Below are positions 22,303-35,600 of a DNA stretch of 64,000 nt, piece by piece. The stretch lies in contig NW_004797531.1 of the NCBI RefSeq assembly GCF_000002075.1, positions 527,107 to 591,106 on the forward strand, in the 5' to 3' direction. Under the pieces are notes generated by a model that worked only from the letters and a program-made list of their open reading frames with translations, ran no database searches and was not told where the DNA came from. This DNA comes from Aplysia californica (lineage: Eukaryota). Every line of letters begins with the position of its first letter. Position 1 is the stretch's first letter. Position numbers and translations under genes: made by a program.

Positions 22303-25300
22303 CTGAAAGGAAAGAAAAACAATAATTATGCATAGAGTAGAAAGTGGGAGCAGTTTTCTTTTCACAAGGCTTCTCAAGGCTCACGGATAAAGAAGACATT
22401 CTTAACTTAAAGGAAAAAGATACTTAAACTATATTTTTTAAAGGATATCCATAACATTCATCATCCTTAACAAGGTTCAGACCAAAAATACTCCCCACTT
22501 AAAATTACTCTGCAATGATGTCCATTTTATGAGACATTTTGTCCAAAGTTTTCCGTCTATACAATCCATCAAATACTGATAAGTAGGACTATTGAGGGGT
22601 TGGAGAAGGGTTAAGATAAGATAATACTTCATTGTCTCAGACGGAAATTTTTTCTTGGCTGTACAGGACCATAAAAATATCTACAGGTATACATAAAAAT
22701 TAAATTATATATTTCTCCCATTAAAATTCAATATGAAAAGAAAAGTAAAGCTGACAAAACGTACTTATCACATCAGATGCATCATTTAACCACGGGCAGG
22801 AATTTAATTACAAGACCTTTAGACTAGAATTATATAGATACATATTCAAAATAGCAATATAGCATTGAATGTTTATTCTGACAGTAGCTTTATACATGAT
22901 TGTAAAAAACTTCTTTTGTATCTTTCTTTCTTCGTTTTTTGAGGTACATATCTGCTGCTGTGTGATCTTACAATTTGTGTGGAAAGGGGTGTGATGGGTT
23001 GTTTATAATGCTGTTGATCTTTTTTATACTTGTGATCTTATACATTTCATTAGTTCTTGTAAAATCATTTCCAGGGATCTTGCTGGCTTTCTTAATGGTT
23101 CTGTCAAATTTTTCTTTCTAGAGGTTAGTAACTTAGAGAGATCTTTTAATAAATGCACACCATAGCATAAATGTCATGATTCTTAGGTATCCCATAAAAG
23201 CAACCCCTCAGTTGCCAGTGAACTCTGTAATTAAATCCAATTAAACATGAAGTGCCTTCATTCTAAAACAGGATGCCCACGACTGTCAGTGAAGAGGGAT
23301 TAACTAGCATTTTATCAATCTGTTCTCAACAATCAGCTTATAAATATTAACTCTGTTTTTTACCTGAAAGAACACAAAGCCCAGATGCCTTTGACAACTG
23401 CACACAAAGCACCTTGCTTGGGTGGCTGTTGGTGACCAAGAGGAATATCACGGCGACGACAGCAAGAATCAAGAATATGTATCCAAGAACACTCAGCACT
23501 TGAACTGCCAGATACCAGTCTGAGAAGGGAAAAATAATTTGAGATGTCAAGGTTACGTTATAGCCTGTGTATACAAAGATCGACGCTCAACCACAGTTGA
23601 TTTTAAAATATTGTGTTTTTAACTTATTAAATTGTTACTCGCACGTTGTAGTTTTTTTTACCTTACTTACTACTTACTTACTACCCATTACGCCATCTGG
23701 CGTTTAGGGCAGCGACAAAGGATCTCCAGCTCTGTCTGTTTTGGGCCATCTTGGTCAGCGTTCCCCACGAATGATTCCAGGACTTCATTTCAGACTCTAC
23801 TGTGCATCTCCAGGTCTTACCTTAGGGGACCATTAATGTATTACCGTATGTAAAGTTGAAGTCAGTACTTTTTTTCAAGCCATGAAACTGTGAAAAATGG
23901 ATATTTATTATAACATGAGTAAGATTGCACTCAAAACAAGAGAGCGTTTTTCTGTTTACACTTCAGCATAACTTTTGACGGACAGATTTCCATTCATAAT
24001 TTCTTCTCTCTTGAACAATGATTAAAATTTCAGCCCCAACATAAATAATGTTAGACATATATAATAATGGTTGCATTGGCTCTGGCTGAGTGTTTTGTTT
24101 AAACAAATAAATCTTTCGTTTAGTAAAATTGTATTTCAGAGTTGAACAATACTATACTTATGTTCTTCCTTTAGCTTGCTTACATCTTTTCTTCACAGAG
24201 ATTTTCATCTGATCTACAAAAGCTGAAGGGCAGTCGCATTAATTTTAGACACTCAAGAGAATGTTTAGTACTTTCAACTATAAACCCCACCTTAAAAACT
24301 GATCCTTAACAATAAGTCTGGTGAAATAAGGATCACGGGAAAAATACTATAATAGCAAAAATGAATATCATTACAAAAGTTGTTCTGTCTCTTTTTTTCC
24401 CCAAAACTGTACTTTAATTACAAACTCCAACAAACAAATGAATGATCCCATTTGGAACTGGATTTTTAAAACAAAAGTGTCATCAGCATCATTCCATAAT
24501 CACTCAAGGCAATTTCTGAGGTTTTCCTTACAAAATTGTGATTTGAATGAGACATAATTAGGGGGCATACAATATGCACAGTCTTGCCCACAAAAATAGC
24601 AAAACTGGTGATTGAGATGCGGAAATTTTTTAAAGTATGAACTGTTAAAAACAATCAGGAAACAACAAATGCAGCAACACCTGAATAGACATAAACGGGT
24701 CTTGAACATCTAGCTCTCACTGGCAAAATTGAAGGCAAACGAGGCAGGGGTAGGCCCAGAACAACCTACTTAAGGAACCTAAACAAATGGGTACCAGGGA
24801 AAGATCAGGGAAACTTAGATTTTTTAAGAGCATCCGAGCAAAGGAATGAATGGAGAACAATGATCCCCAATGTCTGTCGCAGATCTGGCACTGGATGATG
24901 ATGAGGATGAACTTCACAATGTACGAATTTAAAACTACCGAGAGATATAGACAAAGTTGGATAAATGGGTCCAAATTTTACAAGTCCTATGCTATGATTG
25001 TTTGATATAGTCTCGCATATGGGCTTTTTTATTAACATCTGCTATGATCAGCCGGGTTTTTCCCCAGCTGAGAACCATTTCAGCTTCTTTTGCTCCATCA
25101 TGGCTCACCATCTACTACAAGTATATCACGACTTAACTTTGCAGATGTGTTGTGCAATATTTAATCTCTGTTGAAGAGGAAGCGTGCTGACACACTAGGT
25201 GACAATACTGCATTTGTGTGCTTTCACACGACCCAGACGCCCCACATGCAACTTAGTAGGGCTATGTGTAGGCTACGACAATCAATGAACATTTCTGTGA

Positions 25301-27732
25301 TTTTTTTTGCAATTTAAACGCATCCTTGGCCAACACTTTAATAACACTCAGCTTTTATTCTACAGGTTGTTGGTCTACACTCATACAGTGCTTAAAAATG
25401 CTCTCTCTCTCTCTCTCTTTTTCTCTCTCATCACTGCTACTTCAGTAAACAAAATTTTCAGTTGTGTTTATTAATTAGGTCAAGACTACCTTCACTGGTG
25501 CTAATTTTCGTTTTCATTATGCAATTAACTCTTTCCGGACGTATCGCCAATATATCGGCTGTGATACTGATAGGGTGCCTCAGTATTGTTTTGTTTTAAC
25601 ACGATCCGTCATTTATAATTACTTTTTATTGCTATTGAAAAACTCGGAAAGGATTTAGGAAACAAAAACATCTAGTTTCAATTTGCTAAAGCGTGGGTTT
25701 GGGGAAAAACGAGTGAATTAGTTCTTGTGGTCTTGCATAAACAAAACGATGTAACCGGACTGAGTGTAGATATCATAACTCAAGAAACAAAAAGTGTGTC
25801 AAAATTTATTTTTCTCATCACCATCGCCATTTTTAACCCTTGAAATGCATACTTCTATGTTCAAAATTAATCCTTGTTTCATATCGGGATGTAATCTTCA
25901 TTCAATTTCCTTCATTGATATATGTTACATTTTGAGTGATGGTTATGCTTCTATGAAGTTAATTTGTACACCACCTGCATATCCAAATCGAGCCACAAGT
26001 TAATTATGTCTGGACCCAAAAAAAACTACGTCCGGAAAGAGTTAATTGTTTTCGCTATTTGCATGTTTTGAATACAAAGAATTAATATATAAAAGAAAAA
26101 ATTCAAGACCTGAACATGATCTGTTTGCCATGATGAGAGCGTTCTTTGCTACAGTGGAAACCATATAGGGTGAACCGGGGCAATTCCACCCACAACTTTG
26201 CTTAAATCACTCTCATGCACTACCTAATTGTGATATCTGACTAGAATTTGCAACAAATTATACTCTGAACATAACATTCAACATAAACATAACATTAGAC
26301 AATTCTGACTAATCCTATTCAAGAAATAGAGTTTTAACCCAAAAAAATTGTAAACACTTTAATCGGGGAAATTCCACCCACCTACAAAATTCTGATCAAA
26401 CATGTCCAACATACTTCAATGAAAGACAAAACTTTCAAAAACATTTCTCTGGTTTCCTGTGGGTTTGTCAGTAGTCACTACTATCCTTGTCATCATCACC
26501 ACTGTCTTTCTGGCATCTTTGAGGCAGCACAGTCCTTGTCGCGACTATCGTCATCAATTTCAGACTCTGAGACGGAGTCCACAACTGTTGTTTTCTTTAC
26601 CTTGGTTCTGGTGGGAACAGTTCAGAAGGCCTTCCTTTTCCTTTTCCTTTTCCCTTTTCTTCTTCTCCTCCTCCTCTGTTATTCTTTGAATGAATGTACT
26701 CAAAACTGGTCAAACTTTTGCCATACTGGCGTTTAACAGATTTCCGGTTGTTTTTTTCTCTCTTGGCTTGTAACGTAGGGGAAATTTTAAAAATAAAAAA
26801 GTAAAAAGTCCTTTATGCTGGGTCTGGTTGCTGGTTCCACTGGGGTCACTGGCCTCAATGGTGCAGGTGTTGATGAGGTTGATGGCAACCCATTGTACCA
26901 GACTGCACAGCTGCGATTGCGTTCTGCATTGCCTCCTTGCAGTATGGCGCTCTCTTCTTTACATAATTCCTCACCATTCTGTAAAAAAAATAGTCAAAAT
27001 TGTTATAAATTTATGCTCAACATTATCTGGGGGTAAATCCACCCACCAGGTGGGTGGAATTGCCCCAATGTAATAAAATGAAGTTTAATGGCCAACATTT
27101 TACTTGTAGGTTGCTATGAATGAACTAATAGGAGGTAAAATACCTAAGAGAAGATCATAACTTACAATCAATGCGAAAAAAGTATGGTTGTGAAAATCCA
27201 CCCACCAGGTGGGTGGATTTACCCCAACTCTACTATAGATTCATGACCATAACAGAAGAATTTTCTTTTATAATGGCTTTATTGGTGCATAAAATGAAGA
27301 CAAATAAACACTTAATTGATTTTAAAAGATACTTTAGACTTTCATCCACCATAAATACACAAGGTCTAGCATCAAAAAGTACGTTAGGTCTACTTACTTT
27401 GCTGATGCTTGAGGATGCTCTTTAAGAAGGCTGCTGTTCAACATCCACAGGTTCAAAAGAAGATGAAATAGGAAAAGGAAGTCCAGGGGATGTAACTCAA
27501 TAATCATGAGTGGCAAAACTCTCCTCAAATGACTTGCAGAGTTTTGTCCCTTAAAATTGTCCAAAGTGGGTGGAATTACCCCGTGGGTCAGGGATTTTTT
27601 AAATCCCTGTTTTTTTCCTACTCTTTCAACTCTTTGTCTCTATAAAAAGTTATCGGCAATAACAGGGCCTCATCGGAGCCGAATCGGTTATAGTTATAGC
27701 AGGGACAAAGGCTAGTCAACAATGTGTAAAAA

Positions 27733-27784
<52 letters not shown>

Positions 27785-28862
27785 AAGAGAGTAACGCGGT
27801 GATGGAGCACGCCCACGCAAGCCATGCCGCTGCAAGCACGCAGCAGGTGAAGCGAGAGAGGGCTGTGCAGACCTGCCACATGGCCATGAGAGAGGGCTGC
27901 GGTGTACTTGTGGCAAGGGAAACTACCCACGAATAAATACAGTGGATTAGTTCACAAATGCTTCCTTCCCTTGCATTTCTGATATAACAGGGATCTGTTA
28001 TAACAGGATTTTTTTCTCTGGTCCCACCATCCCTGTTATATCAGGTTTCAACTGTATGTGCATGCTAGACTGTACTGTTTCTTTTGGTTTCCATAATATT
28101 TCCGTCCTAGTTTTTATTTGATAACACAAGTGTCCATATGTTATGTCATGCCGTTTCTGATTAAGGTCCTTTATTTTTTTTAGGCTAAACATTTTCTCAA
28201 AACTTCAAAAATGACTTAGAAGATTTAAGAATGATGCTGGCAATATAAGACGAGTCTATTTAAATTTATTTTGTGTGAGGTACTGGCACACCAGACAGGT
28301 CTGGTACTGAACTGACAGAATAGTGGGCCTACAAACTCACTGTGAAACATGCATGCAGTTGAATGTAATGTGTAGGCCTATAGTCTAATTTAAATTGATG
28401 GGGATCATGAATGATAGTGAAAAAGGGAAAAGAAGTAGCCTACTCAGACTCAGTAGAAATAAATCAAACCTATATGAGAAAGACAGCTGAATGGATATTC
28501 TGGACTATTCTGGACTAAACCCCCTCTAAGCCTCTACTCTTTGTTCTTGATGAGATAGATCTAGTCTATATAGATATCTAGAAAGATATTAATATTAAAT
28601 ATTTTCAGTATCAACAATTTAATTTGACGGTCTTACTTGGTGAATCACCAGATGCTGGGATAAGCTGACATTGGAGAAAGTCGCAAAATGTCACAGACCA
28701 CAGTCCATAAAAGCTATGAGGAGGCATGGTGAACCACCAGTTTGTTGCCATCGCAATTGTGTACGCAACAGCTGCAAGAAAGAGAAGCACAGCAGCATTG
28801 GCATTGGCGAAATATAAGCTTTGATGCCTACAGCAGCAACAAATTCGTTTGAGCAAATCCAT
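22145..28862 (-). CDS. claudin/PMP22/EMP-superfamily tetraspan membrane protein, 179 aa; join(28862-28637,23519-23364,22302-22145)
   Basis: Three GT-AG exons of 226+156+158 = 540 nt in phase; four hydrophobic segments; W...GLW...C...C signature in the first loop (NWWF...YGLWSVTFCDFLQC). Confidence 0.85.
22612..22990 (-). mobile_element. LINE 3' end with (TCTTA)n tail (related copy at about 51786-51995)
   Basis: TAAGATAAGAT...TACTTCATTGTC...AAAATTCAATATGAA...CACATCAGATGCATC shared by both copies. Confidence 0.6.
23364..23519 (-). CDS. claudin-like gene exon 2
   Basis: tcccttctcag|AC TGG...TCA G|gtaaaa; NWYLAVQVLSVLGYIFLILAVVAVIFLL (TM2). Confidence 0.85.
23661..23825 (-). mobile_element. short RTE-like 3' fragment with (TAAG)n-type tail
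   Basis: TTACTTAC repeats next to a minus-strand frame reading KMAQNRQSWRSFVAAL. Confidence 0.55.
24646..24905 (+). mobile_element. third truncated copy of the RTE-like LINE 3' end
   Basis: Homologous to 11225-11490; GATGATGATGA tail. Confidence 0.85.
25529..26041. mobile_element. piggyBac-like MITE
   Basis: TTAA|CTCTTTCCGGACGTA...TACGTCCGGAAAGAG|TTAA. Confidence 0.82.
26168..27583 (-). mobile_element. internally deleted pogo/Fot1-like transposon
   Basis: Inverted termini CGGGGCAATTCCACCCA / TGGGTGGAATTACCCCG; ATG at 26977 reads MVRNYVKKRAPYCKEAMQNAIAAVQSGTMG (pipsqueak-type HTH start) and joins a low-complexity C-terminal remnant. Confidence 0.7.
27736..27778. repeat. (GA)n microsatellite inside a partial pogo-type MITE ending at about 28053
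   Basis: Pure GA run; terminus GTTATATCAGGTTTCAACTG|TA. Confidence 0.85.
28637..28862 (-). CDS. claudin-like gene exon 1
   Basis: ATG GAT TTG... to CCA A|gtaaga; MDLLKRICCCC...GLWSVTFCDFLQC...GDSP. Confidence 0.85.
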
Positions 28863-29537
28863 TCTCCTCTCAAAGCTCAACTCAACTTTGAACCTAATAG
28901 GGAAGTTCTTACACAAGCATTATATTTCGAAGGAACTTGGAAGGTTTGACAATAAAATTATAATTATGTTGGCAACAGCAAAAACTAAGAAGTAGAAGTT
29001 CACGAGTAACCGTAGCCGTAGTAACGTGAATGGAATGGACCATCTTTTCTTCTCATGAAATGGTTAACTGTTCACAAAGTCTAACATTCTGTTGCCTCTT
29101 TAGGCTAATAGCCTGAATGTCCGTTTTAATTTTTATGAACTGTTTCTAGTCCATGCTGATGCGGGGACCAGCTGTGCATGTCACCCCATGGTGAAAAACA
29201 TGGGCACGATGGTGGTGGGTCCAAGCTTACTACAGAAAATTGTAATCAATGGGAGCGGACCTAGGTCAAGGGAAACCACTCTGTTATATTAAACTGCTAG
29301 CTAGCAGCGCAATGTGAATGAACTTCAGAAGTTAGAAATTTAGTAGTTCAGCTGTGGAGTCGAACTTTCGCATCTCTGGCGGACTTTGACCAGATTTTGT
29401 GTAACAAAATTGCAGGTCACACAACAAGTCATAGATCTAATACCTTGCGTGCTTGAAAGATTATAGAAGCCGCAATAGGAATGCAGGGGTCAGAAAACTA
29501 AATCTAGTGAATTATTTATACGGTAGAACCTTTTGAC
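28863..29537. promoter_or_regulatory. putative bidirectional promoter and 5' UTRs between the claudin-like gene and VWA8
   Basis: Divergent start codons only 675 nt apart; no recognisable TE in between. Confidence 0.6.
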
Positions 29538-29679
29538 ATGCAATTCATTGGAGCAATGGAAGCAGCAGGACGACGGTTGCGTCAACTGCATGGAATATTT
29601 GGTCGCTCCCTGAGGATTTATGAAAGTGAAAGTTCTTCCCCTCTGCAAATTCGACTGTTGTCTGAATCGACAGGTTCAG
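29538..29679 (+). CDS. VWA8: VWA8 exon 1 (Arg-rich, mitochondrial-targeting-like N-terminus)
   Basis: ATG...TCA G|gtgatg; AAGRRLRQL...QIRLL; an alternative in-phase donor lies at 29674. Confidence 0.75.
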
Positions 29680-32600
29680 GTGATGTTCATGGTTTTATTT
29701 TCTTTACGTCTTTACATGAGTGTGCTACCAATATTCGTCATGAGCCATTCATTCATTCATATAATTTAGAACGGGCCAATTTAGAATCTATTACTCTAAT
29801 TAAAAAGGCCCTGCCCAGTGCCCATTCATTGGTGATTGGTTGGGGGATGGGTGGTTCTCTAGATCTAGATCTAGAGTAATAGAGGGGGAACCCATTAGCA
29901 TTAGCTAGCGCGATCGCGGGTAAGATTGAAGAATACCGGACCAGCGGACTGACTTTGCCTCTAGAAAATCTATGTCTCAACCATACGAATTCATAATTTT
30001 CCCGTTTTTAATGTCTCAATGGAGAATCTCGGACAGGTAGATTCTAGAGATATTTTGTCAGGGGGGAGACCCCCCCTGAACTCCCCATCCCCCCTACCCC
30101 ACCCCAACCACCCGCCCCACCTACCCCACTTTCTCGCGCAATAATGTATGAGTGGTCCGGTATTCTTCAATCTTCCCCGATCGGGTCGGGTCGTTCGGGT
30201 GTTTCAGTGCACACAACAACCTCCCCCAGTGATTGCACCCGACAGAGAAACCTTTATTAACCTCAATGGCTTCCAGGGCTCCTTGCTGCAGTTCCCTGTT
30301 GCAGTGCTGCGGCAGCCTGGAATCCCACAAACATGGGTTACATCAATTCAATAACTTTCTAGATCTATTTTAATATATTCTACTCTAAGTCGATGGACTC
30401 CATTGTATGATTGTTGTTAATTGTTGATATATTTCGCGCGGAAATGCCCGACCTTGACATTGCAGTGTCAACATGGACAAGTGACTCAGCCTTGTTGTGA
30501 ATGGCTGTAAACCACCCGATCGTGCCACTCGCAGCCCTGAAAACAAACGCATTTGTTTTTTAACGTCACCGACCGAATCGATTGGTTTGTTCCACGATGG
30601 CTGCTTTGCGCCCTCAATTTGGCTAGCCCCAACTGCCAAATCGACCTTACCCGATCGTGCTAGTGGGCACCCCCTATAACAATCCGATTGCCCGACCCTC
30701 GGCTTTGAAAACAAACGTGTTTTTAGGGTCACCGTCGGCTTTGTTTGGTTTGTACCAAGGGGGTAGCTTTTCTCCCTCAATCTGACTAGCCCTGCTTACC
30801 AAAGCGAACTGAATCATGAACCGAACCGATTAAAGTGCCAATAATCAGGGTTGGATTGATTTAAATCAGGTTGATTTAAATCAGTTGATTTTTAAAATTT
30901 AAATCGTCATTTTAAAAATAAAAATCAGTGATTTAAATCACTTTAAAAAAAAATTATTTTTATTCAGTTTTTACATATATTTCAACATTCAGAATTCCTT
31001 TCCCTTGGTTTCATAAAACAGATATAAGGTTTAGTAGACTGATATAATCATGCTTAAAAGTCTGCTTTCCCCCCTTTCAGTGTAAAATAATACAGTATTC
31101 AATTTTAAACTTTTTTTCCATAATTGAAATCAGAGCTGGGTTGATTTTTTAAATTTTAATCAACTTAATTTTTAAAATAAAAATCGGTGATTTAAATCAC
31201 TTTTTAAAAAATGTATGCTGTTTTTACATGATATTTAAACATTCAGAATTCCTTTCCTTGGTTTTATTAAACAGATTATGTATAGGTTTAGTAGACTAAT
31301 AAAATCATGCTTAAAAGTCTGCTTCCCTCCCTGTCACTGTAAAATAATACAGTATTCAATCTTTTTTTTCATAATTGAAAACCAGGGTTGGGTTGATTTA
31401 AATCAGGTCAATTTAAATCAGTTGATGTTTTAGATTTAAATCAACTTGATTTTAAAAATAAAACTCAGTGATTTAAATCACTTTTAAAAAATGTATTGTT
31501 TTTACATCTTTAAACATTCAGAATTCCTTTCCTTGGTTTTATAAAACAGATATAAGGTTTAGTAGACTAATATAATCATGCTTAAAAGTCTGCTTTCCCC
31601 CCTGTCAGTGTTAAAATAATACAGTATTCAATTTACTTTTTTTTCATAATTGAAATTACCATTTTCTTTTTATTTTTAGACAAACACAAGCGCGCACACA
31701 CACACGGTAATAAAATGCAAGTTTATCTGTGCATAATTACCCCCTCCCCCCTTCCTTTTAGACTGACATTTTCTTCATTTTTTGTCTGTAGCCATAATTC
31801 ACTGATATAGCAGATTAAGGCTTTCTTTTGCAGTTGCTTAAATTAATCATTAGTTAAAATAAAGACAATGCATTCTGCACTAAAAGAACATACTTTTAAC
31901 CCACAAAAATCCCAAACTATGTCGACATTTGAAAAAGAATTAAAAAATTTTTTAAAATCCGATTTAAATTTAAAAAATCTGATTTAAATTTAAAAAATCG
32001 ATTTTTAAAATTTTTATTGAAAAAAAAATAAAAAATCACCAACTCTGCCAATAATGGGCACTGGGTTAAGAAATTAAATCTAAAATTTAAAACAAAGTGG
32101 GCTAGGCCCTCCTTTGGCCTTGCTAAGTCAATTTTTAAATCATTTTTTAGTTTAGGAGGCGGCCCCCACCTTGCTTGCTTGGGCCAACCCGGATTGAGAG
32201 GTTTTAAGGTCTACAACATCCCAGCAGACAGACCGAGATCAAATTTGTACTCAATAAAAATTTGTCCCCACTCAGGCATCAAGCTAGATCATGTCTCAGA
32301 CTACTTGTGACTCAAACCAGTAGTAAAGTTATCTTGCACCGATGAGACATTAGCGTTAGACTCTACACCACAGACACAAATGCTAGTGTCGTGAGCCAGG
32401 TTGAGTGAAAAGATTTAAAATTTGAAAAATTAGCCTTTGATCTTGATTCCAGGATATGACAAGAGCTGTAATTGCATTTTAAATAAAATATTTGAAAGTA
32501 CCATGCCGTTTAGAGAAGTAAGTTAGTTCAGCTGACGTACTATATATATATATATATTTATAATTTATTGTGTTATTTTATAATGCATTGTGCAATGACG

Positions 32601-35600
32601 TTATAATAGAATTAAAATATTGAGTGTACACTTCAATGTATGCCATTTTATCCTGCTCTTGCAAACTGAATGCATGCCTTTCTGCTACAGTGGTGTGTAA
32701 GTCAAGCTGCCGACCCTTGGCAGGGGTCCTCAAGGCTAAGGGGGTAGAACACAAATGGTTTACTGTTTAAAATACACACATCAACACATTTAGGCCTCTG
32801 TGTCCACCTGCTTCTCATCTGTCCCTGTCTCTTTCCCTTGCTCCTTTTGAAATTGATTTTCAGAATGGCCATTACTGTCCATTTTTGACATTTGAACACA
32901 AATCCAGCAGCCTGTAACTACAATTGAAGCAAAATTGTGCTGTTGTTGAGATTCCAGAGAAATGAGGCCCAGAGAGAGAAAATTATAATGCCCAGATTGC
33001 AAACTTCCCACCATCTTACAATGCCCATATATATGTGGTGTTTGATAAAGTAATGATGGAGTAACGCGTCACATATTTTCAAAAGTCTTTTAAGTAATGA
33101 AAATAGTATTCTATTTATATATATGCAAACCTGGTACACTTTCTTTTGAAAAGAATAATTGTTCTGAAAATGTTGTATCCCCAACTCAAGTCTGGCCTAG
33201 CCTTTACTTTTTACTTTTTCCAGCTTCTGTTACCTTATGGTGGTGTGTGGTTGGTGGATGCTCTGGTGTGGTTTGCTCAGGTCTTTCCCATCAAATATCT
33301 TTTATCCTTTTATCTCTTCTCCTATATTTCATGACGGAAAATGAGACCTGGAAATTGAAATGAGGACTCAAAAGGCAAATAAATTGCAGTAACAACCAAT
33401 TTTGTCACCACTCTACGAACCCATCTCCTATCAGACAACTTTTCAACAGAAAACTTATCAACAGCTTTTTTCCCTTCCAACACTGATTTACCAAAACCAG
33501 ACATGGCGGTTAAACACACCCCCACAAAAGGAAGATTATGCCTGTGAGATGAAATGCTTTGATGAAATGCTTTGAAGAAAATTAATTAATGTCTTTAGGA
33601 AAGACTGATGAAGGAACTTAAACCTGTAAATTTTTTTACATATCGACAGACCGAAGGGCTAGAACCCAAATGGCCGCTGGATCGGAAAAGTTAAGTAAAG
33701 TAAAGTATATAAAGGAACAAAACTGTCCAAAATCTAACAGGGTTGAAACTGGTCCTGGAACAACATAGAGAGCAATGAAGAATCAAGTTGTTTGGTCATC
33801 TGATAATGTCACCAAATCAACCAGCTGTAAAATTCCAACTTGGCTGGATGGTGTCAAGGAAGTCCTCCAAAAGAAAATTGCACCTCCTCTTGACTTTCAT
33901 AGATATACAATGCCAGAAGAAAAAAGAAAAATCTATCCTTCTTTTCCTGGTTCTGCCTCTTCCTCTATATATGTCTATTGATTTCTGCTCAAGTATAAGT
34001 CTACGATGCTTTTGCCGTCTTGTTGCTATATGGTCTGGTGGTAGTGTTGACAAATGTCTCAACCATTTTATCATATTTTATGCGTTCTTTATTGATCCAT
34101 GTTATTTTAAGCAGAAGAAGCTGAGCCACGTTGTTATAATATATTTGAATATCTCATTTTTCACCCCGTCTCTTCTTGCGAGTTTCAATGTTTTTATTAG
34201 GCATCTCATTTCACAGGTGTTTATTTTTCTTGGCGACTCTTATTTTCCACGCTTTGGCTTGGTAGCACTGTGTTGGTATAAAAAGCAAAGGTGCTGTGAA
34301 TGAGTTTTTGTTTTGTGCCCATTGTGATCATGTTGAGGTGCGAAACTGTAATAGTGCCATTTGGTAAGTCACTGCATTGGCCTTTTTTATTCTGGTTTGT
34401 ATTTCTCTGTCTATCGTTCTATCTGGAGTGAACTTGCTTTCCAGGTATGAACTCTTCTACTTTCTTGATTTTGCATTTGTGAACTCTGATGTTTAGTGGT
34501 TCAAGTATTTTGCTGATTTTCATCGCCTCAGTTTTGTGCTGATCTTCATGTTGTGGTCTTTGGAACTTGTGTTCGTTTTATATGTGTTCTTGGAGGATCT
34601 TTTCGATGTTGTTTAGTAGTATACATGCTCTAATCATCAGCAAAAAGCAGCTCATTGATTGTGTTGTCTTCTGGTTTAGCTTCTCTGCTGTTATTTTGTC
34701 CATGTTCGTTATGAGTTAGGGGAACAACACACATCCTTGTCTTTTTCCTGATCTTACTTGGAACCATTTATTCTTTCCATGTTGTAGTATCTTTAGTGTT
34801 TTGGTGTTTTCATAATGCCGTGATGTTGTCTGGCATTTGTCTTCTGATTCCGTATTCTTCCAGTTATCTACAGTTTTGTCTAGATTTACTCTGTCAAGGG
34901 CCTTTTCTTGGTCCACAAAGACTGTTTAGTTCTTGATAATTCTGTTGTCTAAGTGCGAATTATATTGCATGCATCTGCAACTGTTCCATTTTCTGGTGTA
35001 TATATTTCGAGCTGCAGTCTTGTCCTTTCTTCTACTGTCTTTGTATCTCCCAGTATAACTGAGAAGAGAGATTCTTCTATAGTAAGATGTGTTGCAGTCT
35101 TTTTTATTTCCTTCATTTTTCCATATTGGTATATATATAGCTCTTTGCCAGTCTTCCGAGGTCCGACGTTTTTTCTGTGCTACATTAAAGATTTTTGTTA
35201 GCTTTTTGATGTAGGCCCAGTAATGTACGAAATTTTACTTGTCATCAGTTTGTTGACTTTGCCGCTCATATTCTAAAGTCCTACTCTCTCTTTTCTATCA
35301 ATATTAAGTCAACATGTTTTATGTTTTTTATGGCTCAGGTCTTTTTTGACTCATTTTGTCTCTTTTTTTTCCAGGTGGAAAGAAAGTGAGCATTGGAGAT
35401 GTCAGCAAATTTGTTGCTGACGCAAAGTATCCAGAACTGGTTCCTAGGAAATATTGTAAGTTATTTTCTAGTAAAGATAAATAAATAGTTCTCTACTCGT
35501 AACTAAGTTAAATTATGCTATATTGTCTTTTCAACTGGTATAGTCAAATAAAGGGCAGGACTGGGTATGAAATAATGAAAGTGGCAGTTATGAAAATAGT

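Noticed and set aside
33788-34303. 171-aa ORF
   Set aside because: It spans two opposed decayed LINE fragments inside VWA8 intron 1.
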